Made by a program: the position numbers and the translations under genes. DNA of 64,000 bases from Auanema rhodensis (lineage: Eukaryota > Animalia > Nematoda): the NCBI GenBank assembly GCA_964057225.1, contig OZ059895.1:2666001-2730000 (forward strand), written 5' to 3'. This document shows positions 27,028 to 41,417 of the stretch, piece by piece. Below the pieces are notes generated by a model. The model had not been told where the DNA came from, made no database searches, and saw nothing but the letters and a program-made list of their open reading frames with translations. Position 1 is the first letter of the stretch. Every line of letters starts with the position of its first letter.

Positions 27028-30000
27028 ACTGATATAAGTTCACACTTATATCCTCGATTTTCACCCTGAAGAATTAATTTTTTCGTTGAATAACATTGTC
27101 CATCGTCTTCGCCTTGAAAAAAGGAATCTAAAAACATCTACTTTTTGCTAAATTATTCTGAAATTTTTCGAAAAAATTTTTGTCAAAATGTTTTTGGAAG
27201 CAATGTTGAGTGTGCATGGAAACTCAACATACACTAATGCATCATTTTTCAAACGATCATAACTAATTTTTGTATTAAGCGTTTCTCAATGTAGTATAGT
27301 GCATTCGATGCGGATTTTTAAGCTGCGTCGATCTGTGTTATCAGATTTGCGCTAGCTTAAAAATGCACCGAGATATGAACTGATATAAGTTCACACTTAT
27401 ATCCTCGATTTTCACCCTGAAGATTTAATTTTTTCGTTGAATAACATTGTCCATCGTCTTCGCCTTGAAAAAAGAAATCTGAAAACATCTACTTTTTGCT
27501 AAATTATTTTGAAATTTTTCGAAAAAATTTTTGTCAAAATGTTTTTGGAAGCAATGTTGAGTGTACATGGAAACTCAACATACACTAATGCATCATTTTT
27601 CAAACAATCATAACTAATTTTTGTATTAAGCGTTTCTCAATGTAGTATAGTGCATCCGATGCGGATTTTTAAGCTGCGTCGATCTGTGTTATCAGATTTG
27701 CGCTAGCTTAAAAATGCACCGAGATATGAACTGATATAAGTTCACACTTATATCCTCGATTTTCACCCTGAAGAATTAATTTTTTCGTTGAATAACATTG
27801 TCCATCGTCTTCGCCTTGAAAAAAGGAATCTGAAAACATCTACTTTTTGCTAAATTATTTTGAAATTTTTCGAAAAAATTTTTGTCAAAATGTTTTTGGA
27901 AGCAATGTTGAGTGTACATGGAAACTCAACATACACTAATGCATCATTTTTCAAACGATCATAACTAATTTTTGTATTAAGCGTTTCTCAATGTAGTATA
28001 GTGCATTCGATGCGGATTTTTAAGCTGCGTCGATTTGTGTTATCAGATTTGCGCTAGCTTAAAAATGCACCGAGATATCAACTGATATAAGTTCACACTT
28101 ATATCCTCGATTTTCACCCTGAAGAATTAATTTTTTCGTTGAATAACATTGTCCATCGTCTTTGCCTTGAAAAAAGGAATCTAAAAACATCTACTTTTTG
28201 CTAAATTATTTTGAAATTTTTCGAAAAAATTTTTGTCAAAATGTTTTTGGAAGCAATGTTGAGTGTACATGGAAACTCAACATACACTTATGCATCATGT
28301 TTCAAACAATCATAACTAATTTTTGTATTAAGCGTTTCTCAACGTAGTAGAGTGCATTCGATGCGGATTTTTAAGCTGCGTCGATCTGTGTTATCAAATT
28401 TGCGCTAGCTTAAAAATGCACCGAGATATCAACTGATATAAGTTCACACTTATATCCTCGATTTTCACCCTGAAGAATTAATTGTTTCATTGAATAACAT
28501 TGTCCATCGTCTTTGCCTTGAAAAAAGGAATCTAAAAACATCTACTTTTTGCTAAATTATTTTGAAATTTTTCGAAAAAATTTTTGTCAAAATGTTTTTG
28601 GAAGCAATGTTGAGTGTACATGGAAACTCAACATACACTTATGCATCATTTTTCAAACAATCATAACTAATTTTTGTATTAAGCGTTTCTCAATGTAGTA
28701 TAGTGCATTCGATGCGGATTGTTAAGCTGCGTCGATCTGTGTTATCAGATTTGCGCTAGCTTAAAAATGCACCGAGATATCAACTGATATAAGTTCACAC
28801 TTATATCCTCGATTTTCACCCTGAAGAATTAATTTTTTCGTTGAATAACATCGTCCATCGTCTTTGCCTTGAAAAATGGAATCTAAAAACATCTACTTTT
28901 TGCTAAATTATTCAGAAATTTTTCGAAAAAATTTTTGTCAAAATGTTTTTGGAAGCAATGTTGAGTGTACATGGAAACTCAACATACACTAATGCATCAT
29001 TTTTCAAACGATCATAACTAATTTTTGTATTGAGCGTTTCTCAATGTAGTATAGTGCATTCGATGCGGATTTTTAAGCTGCGTCGATCTGTGTTATCAGA
29101 TTTGCGCTGGCTTAAAAATGCACCGAGATATCAACTGATATAAGTTCACACTTATATCCTCGATTTTCACCCTGAAGAATTAATTTTTTCGTTGAATAAC
29201 ATTGTCCATCGTCTTTGCCTTGAAAAATGGAATCTAAAAACATCTACTTTTTGCTAAATTATTCAGAAATTTTTCGAAAAAATTTTTGTCAAAATGTTTT
29301 TGGAAGCAATGTTGAGTGTACATGGAAACTCAACATACACTAATGCATCATTTTTCAAACGATCATAACTAATTTTGGTATTGAGCGTTTCTCAATGTAG
29401 TATAGTGCATTCGATGCGGATTTTTAAGCTGCGTCGATCTGTGTTATCAGATTTGCGCTGGCTTAAAAATGCACCGAGATATCAACTGATATAAGTTCAC
29501 ACTTATATCCTCGATTTTCACCCTGAAGAATTAATTTTTTCGTTGAATAACAATGTCCATCGTCTTTGCCTTGAAAAAAGGAATCTAAAAACATCTACGT
29601 TTTGCTAAATTATCTTGAAATTTTTCGAAAAAATTTTTGTCAAAATGTTTTTGGAAGCAATGTTGAGTGTACATGGAAACTCAACATACACTAATGCATC
29701 ATTTTTCAAACGATCATAACTAATTTTTGTATTGAGCGTTTCTCAATGTAGTATAGTGCATTCGATGCGGATTTTTAAGCTGCGTCGATCTGTGTTATCA
29801 GATTTGCGCTGGCTTAAAAATGCACCGAGATATCAACTGATATAAGTTCACACTTATATCCTCGATTTTCACCCTGAAGAATTAATTTTTTCGTTGAATA
29901 ACAATGTCCATCGTCTTTGCCTTGAAAAAAGGAATCTAAAAACATCTACGTTTTGCTAAATTATCTTGAAATTTTTCGAAAAAATTTTTGTCAAAATGTT

Positions 30001-33000
30001 TTTGGAAGCAATGTTGAGTGTACATGGAAACTCAACATACACTAATGCATCATTTTTCAAACGATCATAACTAATTTTTGTATTGAGCGTTTCTCAATGT
30101 AGTATAGTGCATTCGATGCGGATTTTTAAGCTGCGTCGATTTGTGTTATCAGATTTGCGTTAGCTTAAAAATGCACCGAGATATCAACTGATATAAGTTC
30201 ACACTTATATCCTTGATTTTCACCCTGAAGAATTAATTTTTTCGTTGAATAACATTGTCCATCGTCTTCGCCTTGAAAAAAGAATCTAAAAACATCTACT
30301 TTTTGCTAAATTATTTTGAAATTTTTCGAAAAAATTTTTGTCAAAATGTTTTTGGAAGCAATGTTGAGTGTACATGGAAACTCAACATACACTAATGCAT
30401 CATTTTTCAAACGATCATAACTAATTTTTGTATTGAGCGTTTCTCAATGTAGTATAGTGCATTCGATGCGGATTTTTAAGCTGCGTCGATCTGTGTTATC
30501 AGATTTGCGCTAGCTTAAAAATGCACCGAGATATCAACTGATATAAGTTCAGACTTATATCCTCGATTTTCACCCTGAAGAATTAATTTTTTCGTTGAAT
30601 AACATTGTCCATCGTCTTCGCCTTGAAAAAAGGAATCTGAAAACATCTACTTTTTGCTAAATTATTTTGAAATTTTTCGAAAAAATTTTTGTCAAAATGT
30701 TTTTGGAAGCAATGTTGAGTGTACATGGAAACTCAACATACACTAATGCATCATTTTTCAAACGATCATAACTAATTTTTGTATTAAGCGTTTCTCAATG
30801 TAGTATAGTGCATTCGATGCGGATTTTTAAGCTGCGTCGATTTGTGTTATCAGATTTGCGCTAGCTTAAAAATGCACCGAGATATCAACTGATATAAGTT
30901 CACACTTATATCCTCGATTTTCACCCTGAAAAATTAATTTTTTCGTTGAATAACATTGTCCATCGTCTTCGCCTTGAAAAAAAGAATCTAAAAACATCTA
31001 CTTTTTGCTAAATTATTTTGAAATTTTTCGAAAAAATTTTTGTCAAAATGTTTTTGGAAGCAATGTTGAGTGTACATGGAAACTCAACATACACTAATGC
31101 ATCATTTTTCAAACGATCATAACTAATTTTTGTATTAAGCGTTTCTCAATGTAGTATAGTGCATTCGATGCGGATTTTTAAGCTGCGTCGATTTGTGTAT
31201 TCAGATTTGCGCTAGCTTAAAAATGCACCGAGATATCAACTGATATAAGTTCACACTTATATCCTCGATTTTCACCCTGAAGAATTAATTTTTTCGTTGA
31301 ATAACATTGTCCACCGTCTTTGCCTTGAAAAAAGGAATCTAAAAACATCTACTTTTTGCTAAATTATTCTGAAATTTTTCGAAAAAATTTTTGTCAAAAT
31401 GTTTTTGGAAGCAATGTTGAGTGTACATGGAAACTCAACATACACTAATGCATCATTTTTCAAACGATCATAACTAATTTTTGTATTGAGCGTTTCTCAA
31501 TGTAGTATAGTGCATTCGATGCGGATTTTTAAGCTGCGTCGATCTGTGTTATCAGATTTGCGCTAGCTTGAAAATGCACCGAGATATCAACTGATATAAG
31601 TTCACACTTATATCCTCGATTTTCACCCTGAAGAATTAATTTTTTCGTTGAATAACATTGTCCATCGTCTTTGCCTTGAAATAAGGAATCTAAAAACATC
31701 TACTTTTTGCTAAATTATCTTGAAATTTTTCGAAAAAATTTTTGTCAAAATGTTTTTGGAAGCAATGTTGAGTGTACATGGAAACTCAACATACACTAAT
31801 GCATCATTTTTCAAACGATCATAACTAATTTTTGTATTAAGCGTTTCTCAATGTAGTATAGTGCATTCGATGCGGATTTTTAAGCTGCGTCGATCTGTGT
31901 TATCAGATTTGCGCTAGCTCGAAAATGCACCGAGATACCAACTGATATAAGTTCACACTTATATCCTCGATTTTCACCCTGAAGAATTAATTTTTTCGTT
32001 GAATAACATTGTCCATCGTCTTTGCCTTGAAAAAAGGAATCTAAAAACATCTACTTTTTGCTAAATTATCTTGAAATTTTTCGAAAAAATTTTTGTCAAA
32101 ATGTTTTTGGAAGCAATGTTGAGTGTACATGGAAACTCAACATACACTAATGCATCATTTTTCAAACGATCATAACTAATTTTTGTATTAAGCGTTTCTC
32201 AATGTAGTATAGTGCATTCGATGCGGATTTTTAAGCTGCGTCGATTTGTGTTATCAGATTTGCGCTAGCTTAAAAATGCACCGAGATATCAACTGATATA
32301 AGTTCACACTTATATCCTCGATTTTCACCCTGAAGAATTAATTTTTTCGTTAAATAACATTGTCCACCGTCTTCGCCTTGAAAAAAGGAATCTAAAAACA
32401 TCTACTTTTTGCTAAATTATTCTGAAATTTTTCGAAAAAATTTTTGTCAAAATGTTTTTGGAAGCAATGTTGAGTGTACATGGAAACTCAACATACACTA
32501 ATGCATCATTTTTCAAACGATCATAACTAATTTTTGTATTGAGCGTTTCTCAATGTAGTATAGTGCATTCGATGCGGATTTTTAAGCTGCGTCGATCTGT
32601 GTTATCAGATTTGCGCTAGCTTGAAAATGCACCGAGATATCAACTGATATAAGTTCACACTTATATCCTCGATTTTCACCCTGAAGAATTAATTTTTTCG
32701 TTGAATAACATTGTCCATCGTCTTTGCCTTGAAATAAGGAATCTAAAAACATCTACTTTTTGCTAAATTATCTTGAAATTTTTCGAAAAAATTTTTGTCA
32801 AAATGTTTTTGGAAGCAATGTTGAGTGTACATGGAAACTCAACATACACTAATGCATCATTTTTCAAACGATCATAACTAATTTTTGTAATAAGCGTTTC
32901 TCAATGTAGTATAGTGCATTCGATGCGGATTTTTAAGCTGCGTCGATCTGTGTTATCAGATTTGCGCTAGCTCGAAAATGCACCGAGATATCAACTGATA

Positions 33001-36000
33001 TAAGTTCACACTTATATCCTCGATTTTCACCCTGAAGAATTAATTTTTTCGTTGAATAACATTGTCCATCGTCTTTGCCTTGAAAAAAGGAATCTAAAAA
33101 CATCTACTTTTTGCAAAATTATCTTGAAATTTTTCGAAAAAATTTTTGTCAAAATGTTTTTGGAAGCAATGTTGAGTGTACATGGAAACTCAACATACAC
33201 TAATGCATCATTTTTCAAACGATCATAACTAATTTTTGTATTAAGCGTTTCTCAATGTAGTAAAGTGCATTCGATGCGGATTTTTAAGCTGCGTCGATCT
33301 GTGTTATCAGATTTGCGCTAGCTTAAAAATGCACCGAGATATCAACTGATATAAGTTCACACTTATATCCTCGATTTTCACCCTGAAGAATTAATTTTTT
33401 CGTTGAATAACATTGTCCATCGTCTTTGCCTTGGAAAAAGGAATCTAAAAACGTCTACTTTTCGCTAATTTATTTTGAAATTTTTCGAGAAAATTTTTGT
33501 CAAAATGTTTTTGGAAGCAATGTTGAGTGTACATGGAAACTCAACATACACTAATGCATCATTTTTCAAACAATCATAACTAATTTTTGTATTAAGCGTT
33601 TCTCAATGTAGTATAGTGCATTCGATGCGGATTGTTAAGCTGCGTCGATCTGTGTTATCAGATTTGCGCTAGCTTAAAAATGCACCGAGATATCAACTGA
33701 TATAAGTTCACACTTATATCCTCGATTTTCACCCTGAAGAATTAATTTTTTCGTTGAATAACATTGTCCATCGTCTTTGCCTTGAAAAAAGGAATCTAAA
33801 AACATCTACTTTTTGCTAAATTATCTTGAAATTTTTCGAAAAAATTTTTGTCAAAATGTTTTTGGAAGCAATGTTGAGTGTACATGGAAACTCAACATAC
33901 ACTAATGCATCATTTTTCAAACAATCATAACTAATTTTTGTATTAAGCGTTTCTCAATGTAGTATAGTGCATTCGATGCGGATTTTTAAGCTGCGTCGAT
34001 CTGTGTTATCAGATTTGCGCTAGCTCGAAAATGCACCGAGATATCAACTGATATAAGTTCACACTTATATCCTCGATTTTCACCCTGAAGAATTAATTTT
34101 TTCGTTGAATAACATTGTCCATCGTCTTTGCCTTGAAAAAAGGAATCTAAAAACATCTACTTTTTGCTAAATTATCTTGAAATTTTTCGAAAAAATTTTT
34201 GTCAAAATGTTTTTGGAAGCAATGTTGAGTGTACATGGAAACTCAACATACACTAATGCATCATTTTTCAAACGATCATAACTAATTTTTGTATTAAGCG
34301 TTTCTCAATGTAGTAAAGTGCATTCGATGCGGATTTTTAAGCTGCGTCGATCTGTGTTATCAGATTTGCGCTAGCTTAAAAATGCACCGAGATATCAACT
34401 GATATAAGTTCACACTTATATCCTCGATTTTCACCCTGAAGAATTAATTTTTTCGTTGAATAACATTGTCCATCGTCTTTGCCTTGGAAAAAGGAATCTA
34501 AAAACATCTACTTTTCGCTAATTTATTTTGAAATTTTTCGAGAAAATTTTTGTCAAAATGTTTTTGGAAGCAATGTTGAGTGTACATGGAAACTCAACAT
34601 ACACTAATGCATCATTTTTCAAACAATCATAACTAATTTTTGTATTAAGCGTTTCTCAATGTAGTATAGTGCATTCGATGCGGATTGTTAAGCTGCGTCG
34701 ATCTGTGTTATCAGATTTGCGCTAGCTTAAAAATGCACCGAGATATCAACTGATATAAGTTCACACTTATATCCTCGATTTTCACCCTGAAGAATTAATT
34801 TTTTCGTTGAATAACATTGTCCATCGTCTTTGCCTTGGAAAAAGGAATCTAAAAACATCTACTTTTTGCTAAATTATCTTGAAATTTTTCGAAAAAATTT
34901 TTGTCAAAATGTTTTTGGAAGCAATGTTGAGTGTACATGGAAACTCAACATACACTAATGCATCATTTTTCAAACGATCATAACTAATTTTTGTATTAAG
35001 CGTTTCTCAATGTAGTATAGTGCATTCGATGCGGATTTTTAAGCTGCGTCGATTTGTGTTATCAGATTTGCGCTAGCTTAAAAATGCACCGAGATATCAA
35101 GTGATATAAGTTCACACTTATATCCTCGATTTTCACCCTGAAGAATTAATTTTTTCGTTGAATAACATTGTCCATCGTCTTCGCCTTGAAAAAAGGAATC
35201 TGAAAACATCTACTTTTTGCTAAATTATTTTGAAATTTTTCGAAAAAATTTTTGTCAAAATGTTTTTGGAAGCAATTTTGAGTGTACATGGAAACTCAAC
35301 ATACACTAATGCATCATTTTTCAAACAATCATAACTAATTATTGTATTAAGCGTTTCTCAATGTAGTATAGTGCATCCGATGCGGATTTTTAAGCTGCGT
35401 CGATCTGTGTTATCAGATTTGCGCTAGCTTAAAAATGCACCGAGATATCAACTGATATAAGTTCACACTTATATCCTCGATTTTCACCCTGAAGAATTAT
35501 TTTTTTCGTTGAATAACATTGTCCATCGTATTTGCCTTGAAAAAAGGAATTTAAAAACATTTACTTTTTGCCAAATTATTTTGAAATGTTTCGAAAAAAT
35601 TTTTGTCAAAATGTTTTTGGAAGCAATGTTGAGTGTACATGGAAACTCAACATACACTTATGCATCATTTTTCAAACAATCATAACTAATTTTTGTATTA
35701 AGCGTTTCTCAATGTAGTATAGTGCATTCGATGCGGATTTTTGAGCTGCGTCGATCTGTGTTATCAGATTTGCGCTTGCTTAAAAATGCACCGAGATATC
35801 AACTGATATAAGTTCACACTTATATCCTCGATTTTCACCCTGAAGAATTAATTTTTTCGTTGAATAACATTGTCCATCGTCTTCGCCTTGAAAAAAGGAA
35901 TCTAAAAACATCTACTATTTGCTAAATTATTTTGAAATTTTTCGAAAAAATTTTTGTCAAAATGTTTTTGGAAGCAATGTTGAGTGTACATGGAAACTCA

Positions 36001-39000
36001 ACATACACTAATGCATCATTTTTCAAACAATCATAATTAATTTTTGTATTAAGCGTTTCTCAATGTAGTATAGTGCATCCGATGCGGATTTTTAAGCTGC
36101 GTCGATCTGTGTTATCAGATTTGCGCTAGCTTAAAAATGCACCGAGATATCAACTGATATAAGTTCACACTTATATCCTCGATTTTCACCCTGAAGAATT
36201 AATTTTTTCGTTGAATAACATTGTCCATCGTCTTTGCCTTGAAAAAAGGAATCTAAAAACATTTACTTTTTGCCAAATTATTTTGAAATGTTTCGAAAAA
36301 ATTTTTGTCAAAATGTTTTTGGAAGCAATGTTGAGTGTACATGGAAACTCAACATACACTTATGCATCATTTTTCAAACAATCATAACTAATTTTTGTAT
36401 TAAGCGTTTCTCAATGAAGTATAGTGCATCCGAAGCGGATTTTTAAGCTGCGTCGATCTGTGTTATCAGATTTGCGCTAGCTTAAAAATGCACCGAGATA
36501 TCAACTGATATAAGTTCACACTTATATCCTCGATTTTCACCCTGAAGAATTAATTTTTTCGTTGAATAACATTGTCCATCGTCTTTGCCTTGAAAAAAGG
36601 AATCTAAAAACATTTACTTTTTGCAAAATTATTTTGAAATTTTTCGAAAAAATTTTTGTCAAAATGTTTTTGGAAGCAATGTTGAGTGTACATGGAAACT
36701 CAACATACACTTATGCATCATTTTTCAAACAATCATAACTAATTTTTGTATTAAGCGTTTCTCAATGTAGTATAGTGCATTCGATGCGGATTTTTAAGCT
36801 GGGTCGATCTGTGTTATCAGATTTGCGCTAGCTTAAAAATGCACCGAGATATCAACTGATATAAGTTCACACTTATATCCTCGATTTTCACCCTGAAGAA
36901 TTAATTTTTTCGTTGAATAACACTGTCCATCGTCTTCGCCTTGAAAAAAGGAATCTAAAAACATCTACTTTTTGCTAAATTATTTTGAAATTTTTCGAAA
37001 AAATTTTTGTCAAAATGTTTTTGGAAGCAATGTTGAGTGTACATGGAAACTCAACATACACTTATGCATCATTTTTCAAACAATCATAACTAATTTTTGT
37101 ATTAAGCGTTTCTCAATGTAGTATAGTGCATTCGATGCGGATTGTTAAGCTGCGTCGATCTGTGTTATCAGATTTGCGCTAGCTTAAAAATGCACCGAGA
37201 TATCAACTGATATAAGTTCACACTTATATCCTCGATTTTCACCCTGAAGAATTAATTTTTTCGTTGAATAACATTGTCCATCGTCTTTGCCTTGAAAAAT
37301 GGAATCTAAAAACATCTACTTTTTGCTAAATTATTTAGAAATTTTTCGAAAAAATTTTTGTCAAAATGTTTTTGGAAGCAATGTTGAGTGTACATGGAAA
37401 CTCAACATACACTAATGCATCATTTTTCAAACGATCATAACTAATTTTTGTATTGAGCGTTTCTCAATGTAGTATAGTGCATTCGATGCGGATTTTTAAG
37501 CTGCGTCGATCTGTGTTATCAGATTTGCGCTAGCTTAAAAATGCACCGAGATATCAACTGATATAAGTTCACACTTATATCCTCGATTTTCACCCTGAAG
37601 AATTAATTTTTTCGTTGAATAACATTGTCCATCGTCTTTGCCTTGAAAAAAGGAATCTAAAAACATCTACTTTTTGCTAAATTATCTTGAAATTTTTCGA
37701 AAAAATTTTTGTCAAAATGTTTTTGGAAGCAATGTTGAGTGTACATGGAAACTCAACATACACTTATGCATCATTTTTCAAACAATCATAACTAATTTTT
37801 GTATTAAGCGTTTCTCAATGTAGTATAGTGCATTCGATGCGGATTGTTAAGCTGCGTCGATCTGTGTTATCAGATTTGCGCTAGCTTAAAAATGCACCGA
37901 GATATCAACTGATATAAGTTCACACTTATATCCTCGATTTTCACCCTGAAGAATTAATTTTTTCGTTGAATAACATTGTCCATCGTCTTTGCCTTGAAAA
38001 ATGGAATCTAAAAACATCTACTTTTTGCTAAATTATTTAGAAATTTTTCGAAAAAATTTTTGTCAAAATGTTTTTGGAAGCAATGTTGAGTGTACATGGA
38101 AACTCAACATACACTAATGCATCATTTTTCAAACGATCATAACTAATTTTTGTATTGAGCGTTTCTCAATGTAGTATAGTGCATTCGATGCGGATTTTTA
38201 AGCTGCGTCGATCTGTGTTATCAGATTTGCGCTAGCTTAAAAATGCACCGAGATATCAACTGATATAAGTTCACACTTATATCCTCGATTTTCACCCTGA
38301 AGAATTAATTTTTTCGTTGAATAACATTGTCCATCGTCTTTGCCTTGAAAAAAGGAATCTAAAAACATCTACTTTTTGCTAAATTATCTTGAAATTTTTC
38401 GAAAAAATTTTTGTCAAAATGTTTTTGGAAGCAATGTTGAGTGTACATGGAAACTCAACATACACTAATGCATCATTTTTCAAACGATCATAACTAATTT
38501 TTGTATTAAGCGTTTCTCAATGTAGTATAGTGCATTCGATGCGGATTTTTAAGCTGCGTCGATTTGTGTTATCAAATTTGCGCTAGCTTAAAAATGCACC
38601 GAGATATCAAGTGATATAAGTTCACACTTATATCCTCGATTTTCACCCTGAAGAATTAATTTTTTCGTTGAATAACATTGTCCATCGTCTTTGCCTTGAA
38701 AAAAGGAATCTAAAAACATCTACTTTTTGCTAAATTATCTTGAAATTTTTCGAAAAAATTTTTGTCAAAATGTTTTTGGAAGCAATGTTGAGTGTACATG
38801 GAAACTCAACATACACTAATGCATCATTTTTCAAACGATCATAACTAATTTTTGTATTAAGCGTTTCTCAATGTAGTATAGTGCATTCGATGCGGATTTT
38901 TAAGCTGCGTCGATCTGTGTTATCAGATTTGCGCTAGCTTGAAAATGCACCGAGATATCAACTGATATAAGTTCACACTTATATCCTCGATTTTCACCCT

Positions 39001-41417
39001 GAAGAATTAATTTTTTCGTTGAATAACATTGTCCATCGTCTTTGCCTTGAAAAAAGGAATCTAAAAACATCTACTTTTTGCTAAATTATCTTGAAATTTT
39101 TCGAAAAAATTTTTGTCAAAATGTTTTTGGAAGCAATGTTGAGTGTACATGGAAACTCAACATACACTAATGCATCATTTTTCAAACGATCATAACTAAT
39201 TTTTGTATTAAGCGTTTCTCAATGTAGTAAAGTGCATTCGATGCGGATTTTTAAGCTGCGTCGATCTTTGTTATCAGATTTGCGCTAGCTTAAAAATGCA
39301 CCGAGATATCAACTGATATAAGTTCACACTTATATCCTCGATTTTCACCCTGAAGAATTAATTTTTTCGTTGAATAACATTGTCCATCGTCTTTGCCTTG
39401 GAAAAAGGAATCTAAAAACATCTACTTTTTGCTAATTTATTTTGAAATTTTTCGAGAAAATTTTTGTCAAAATGTTTTTGGAAGCAATGTTGAGTGTACA
39501 TGGAAACTCAACATACACTAATGCATCATTTTTCAAACAATCATAACTAATTTTTGTATTAAGCGTTTCTCAATGTAGTATAGTGCATTCGATGCGGATT
39601 GTTAAGCTGCGTCGATCTGTGTTATCAGATTTGCGCTAGCTTAAAAATGCACCGAGATATCAACTGATATAAGTTCACACTTATATCCTCGATTTTCACC
39701 CTGAAAAATTAATTTTTTCGTTGAATAACATTGTCCATCGTCTTTGCCTTGAAAAATAGAATCTAAAAACATCTACTTTTTGCTAAATTATTTAGAAATT
39801 TTTCGAAAAAATTTTTGTCAAAATGTTTTTGGAAGCAATGTTGAGTGTACATGGAAACTCAACATACACTAATGCATCATTTTTCAAACAATCATAACTA
39901 ATTTTTGTATTAAGCGTTTCTCAATGTAGTATAGTGCATTCGATGCGGATTGTTAAGCTGCGTCGATCTGTGTTATCAGATTTGCGCTAGCTTAAAAATG
40001 CACCGAGATATCAACTGATATAAGTTCACACTTATATCCTCGATTTTCACCCTGAAAAATTAATTTTTTCGTTGAATAACATTGTCCATCGTCTTTGCCT
40101 TGAAAAATAGAATCTAAAAACATCTACTTTTTGCTAAATTATTTAGAAATTTTTCGAAAAAATTTTTGTCAAAATGTTTTTGGAAGCAATGTTGAGTGTA
40201 CATGGAAACTCAACATACACTAATGCATCATTTTTCAAACGATCATAACTAATTTTTGTATTAAGCGTTTCTCAATGTAGTAAAGTGCATTCGATGCGGA
40301 TTTTTAAGCTGCGTCGATCTTTGTTATCAGATTTGCGCTAGCTTAAAAATGCACCGAGATATCAACTGATATAAGTTCACACTTATATCCTCGATTTTCA
40401 CCCTGAAGAATTAATTTTTTCGTTGAATAACATTGTCCATCGTCTTTGCCTTGGAAAAAGGAATCTAAAAACATCTACTTTTTGCTAATTTATTTTGAAA
40501 TTTTTCGAGAAAATTTTTGTCAAAATGTTTTTGGAAGCAATGTTGAGTGTACATGGAAACTCAACATACACTAATGCATCATTTTTCAAACAATCATAAC
40601 TAATTTTTGTATTAAGCGTTTCTCAATGTAGTATAGTGCATTCGATGCGGATTGTTAAGCTGCGTCGATCTGTGTTATCAGATTTGCGCTAGCTTAAAAA
40701 TGCACCGAGATATCAACTGATATAAGTTCACACTTATATCCTCGATTTTCACCCTGAAAAATTAATTTTTTCGTTGAATAACATTGTCCATCGTCTTTGC
40801 CTTGAAAAATAGAATCTAAAAACATCTACTTTTTGCTAAATTATTTAGAAATTTTTCGAAAAAATTTTTGTCAAAATGTTTTTGGAAGCAATGTTGAGTG
40901 TACATGGAAACTCAACATACACTAATGCATCATTTTTCAAACAATCATAACTAATTTTTGTATTAAGCGTTTCTCAATGTAGTATAGTGCATTCGATGCG
41001 GATTGTTAAGCTGCGTCGATCTGTGTTATCAGATTTGCGCTAGCTTAAAAATGCACCGAGATATCAACTGATATAAGTTCACACTTATATCCTCGATTTT
41101 CACCCTGAAAAATTAATTTTTTCGTTGAATAACATTGTCCATCGTCTTTGCCTTGAAAAATAGAATCTAAAAACATCTACTTTTTGCTAAATTATTTAGA
41201 AATTTTTCGAAAAAATTTTTGTCAAAATGTTTTTGGAAGCAATGTTGAGTGTACATGGAAACTCAACATACACTAATGCATCATTTTTCAAACGATCATA
41301 ACTAATTTTTGTATTAAGCGTTTCTCAATGTAGTATAGTGCATTCGATGCGGATTTTTAAGCTGCGTCGATCTGTGTTATCAGATTTGCGCTAGCTTAAA
41401 AATGCACCGAGATATCA

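Noticed and set aside
33027-33218. 63-aa minus-strand ORF
   Set aside because: Created by T122A at 33115, which removes a minus-strand TAG in one monomer. The start is not ATG and no domain is recognisable.
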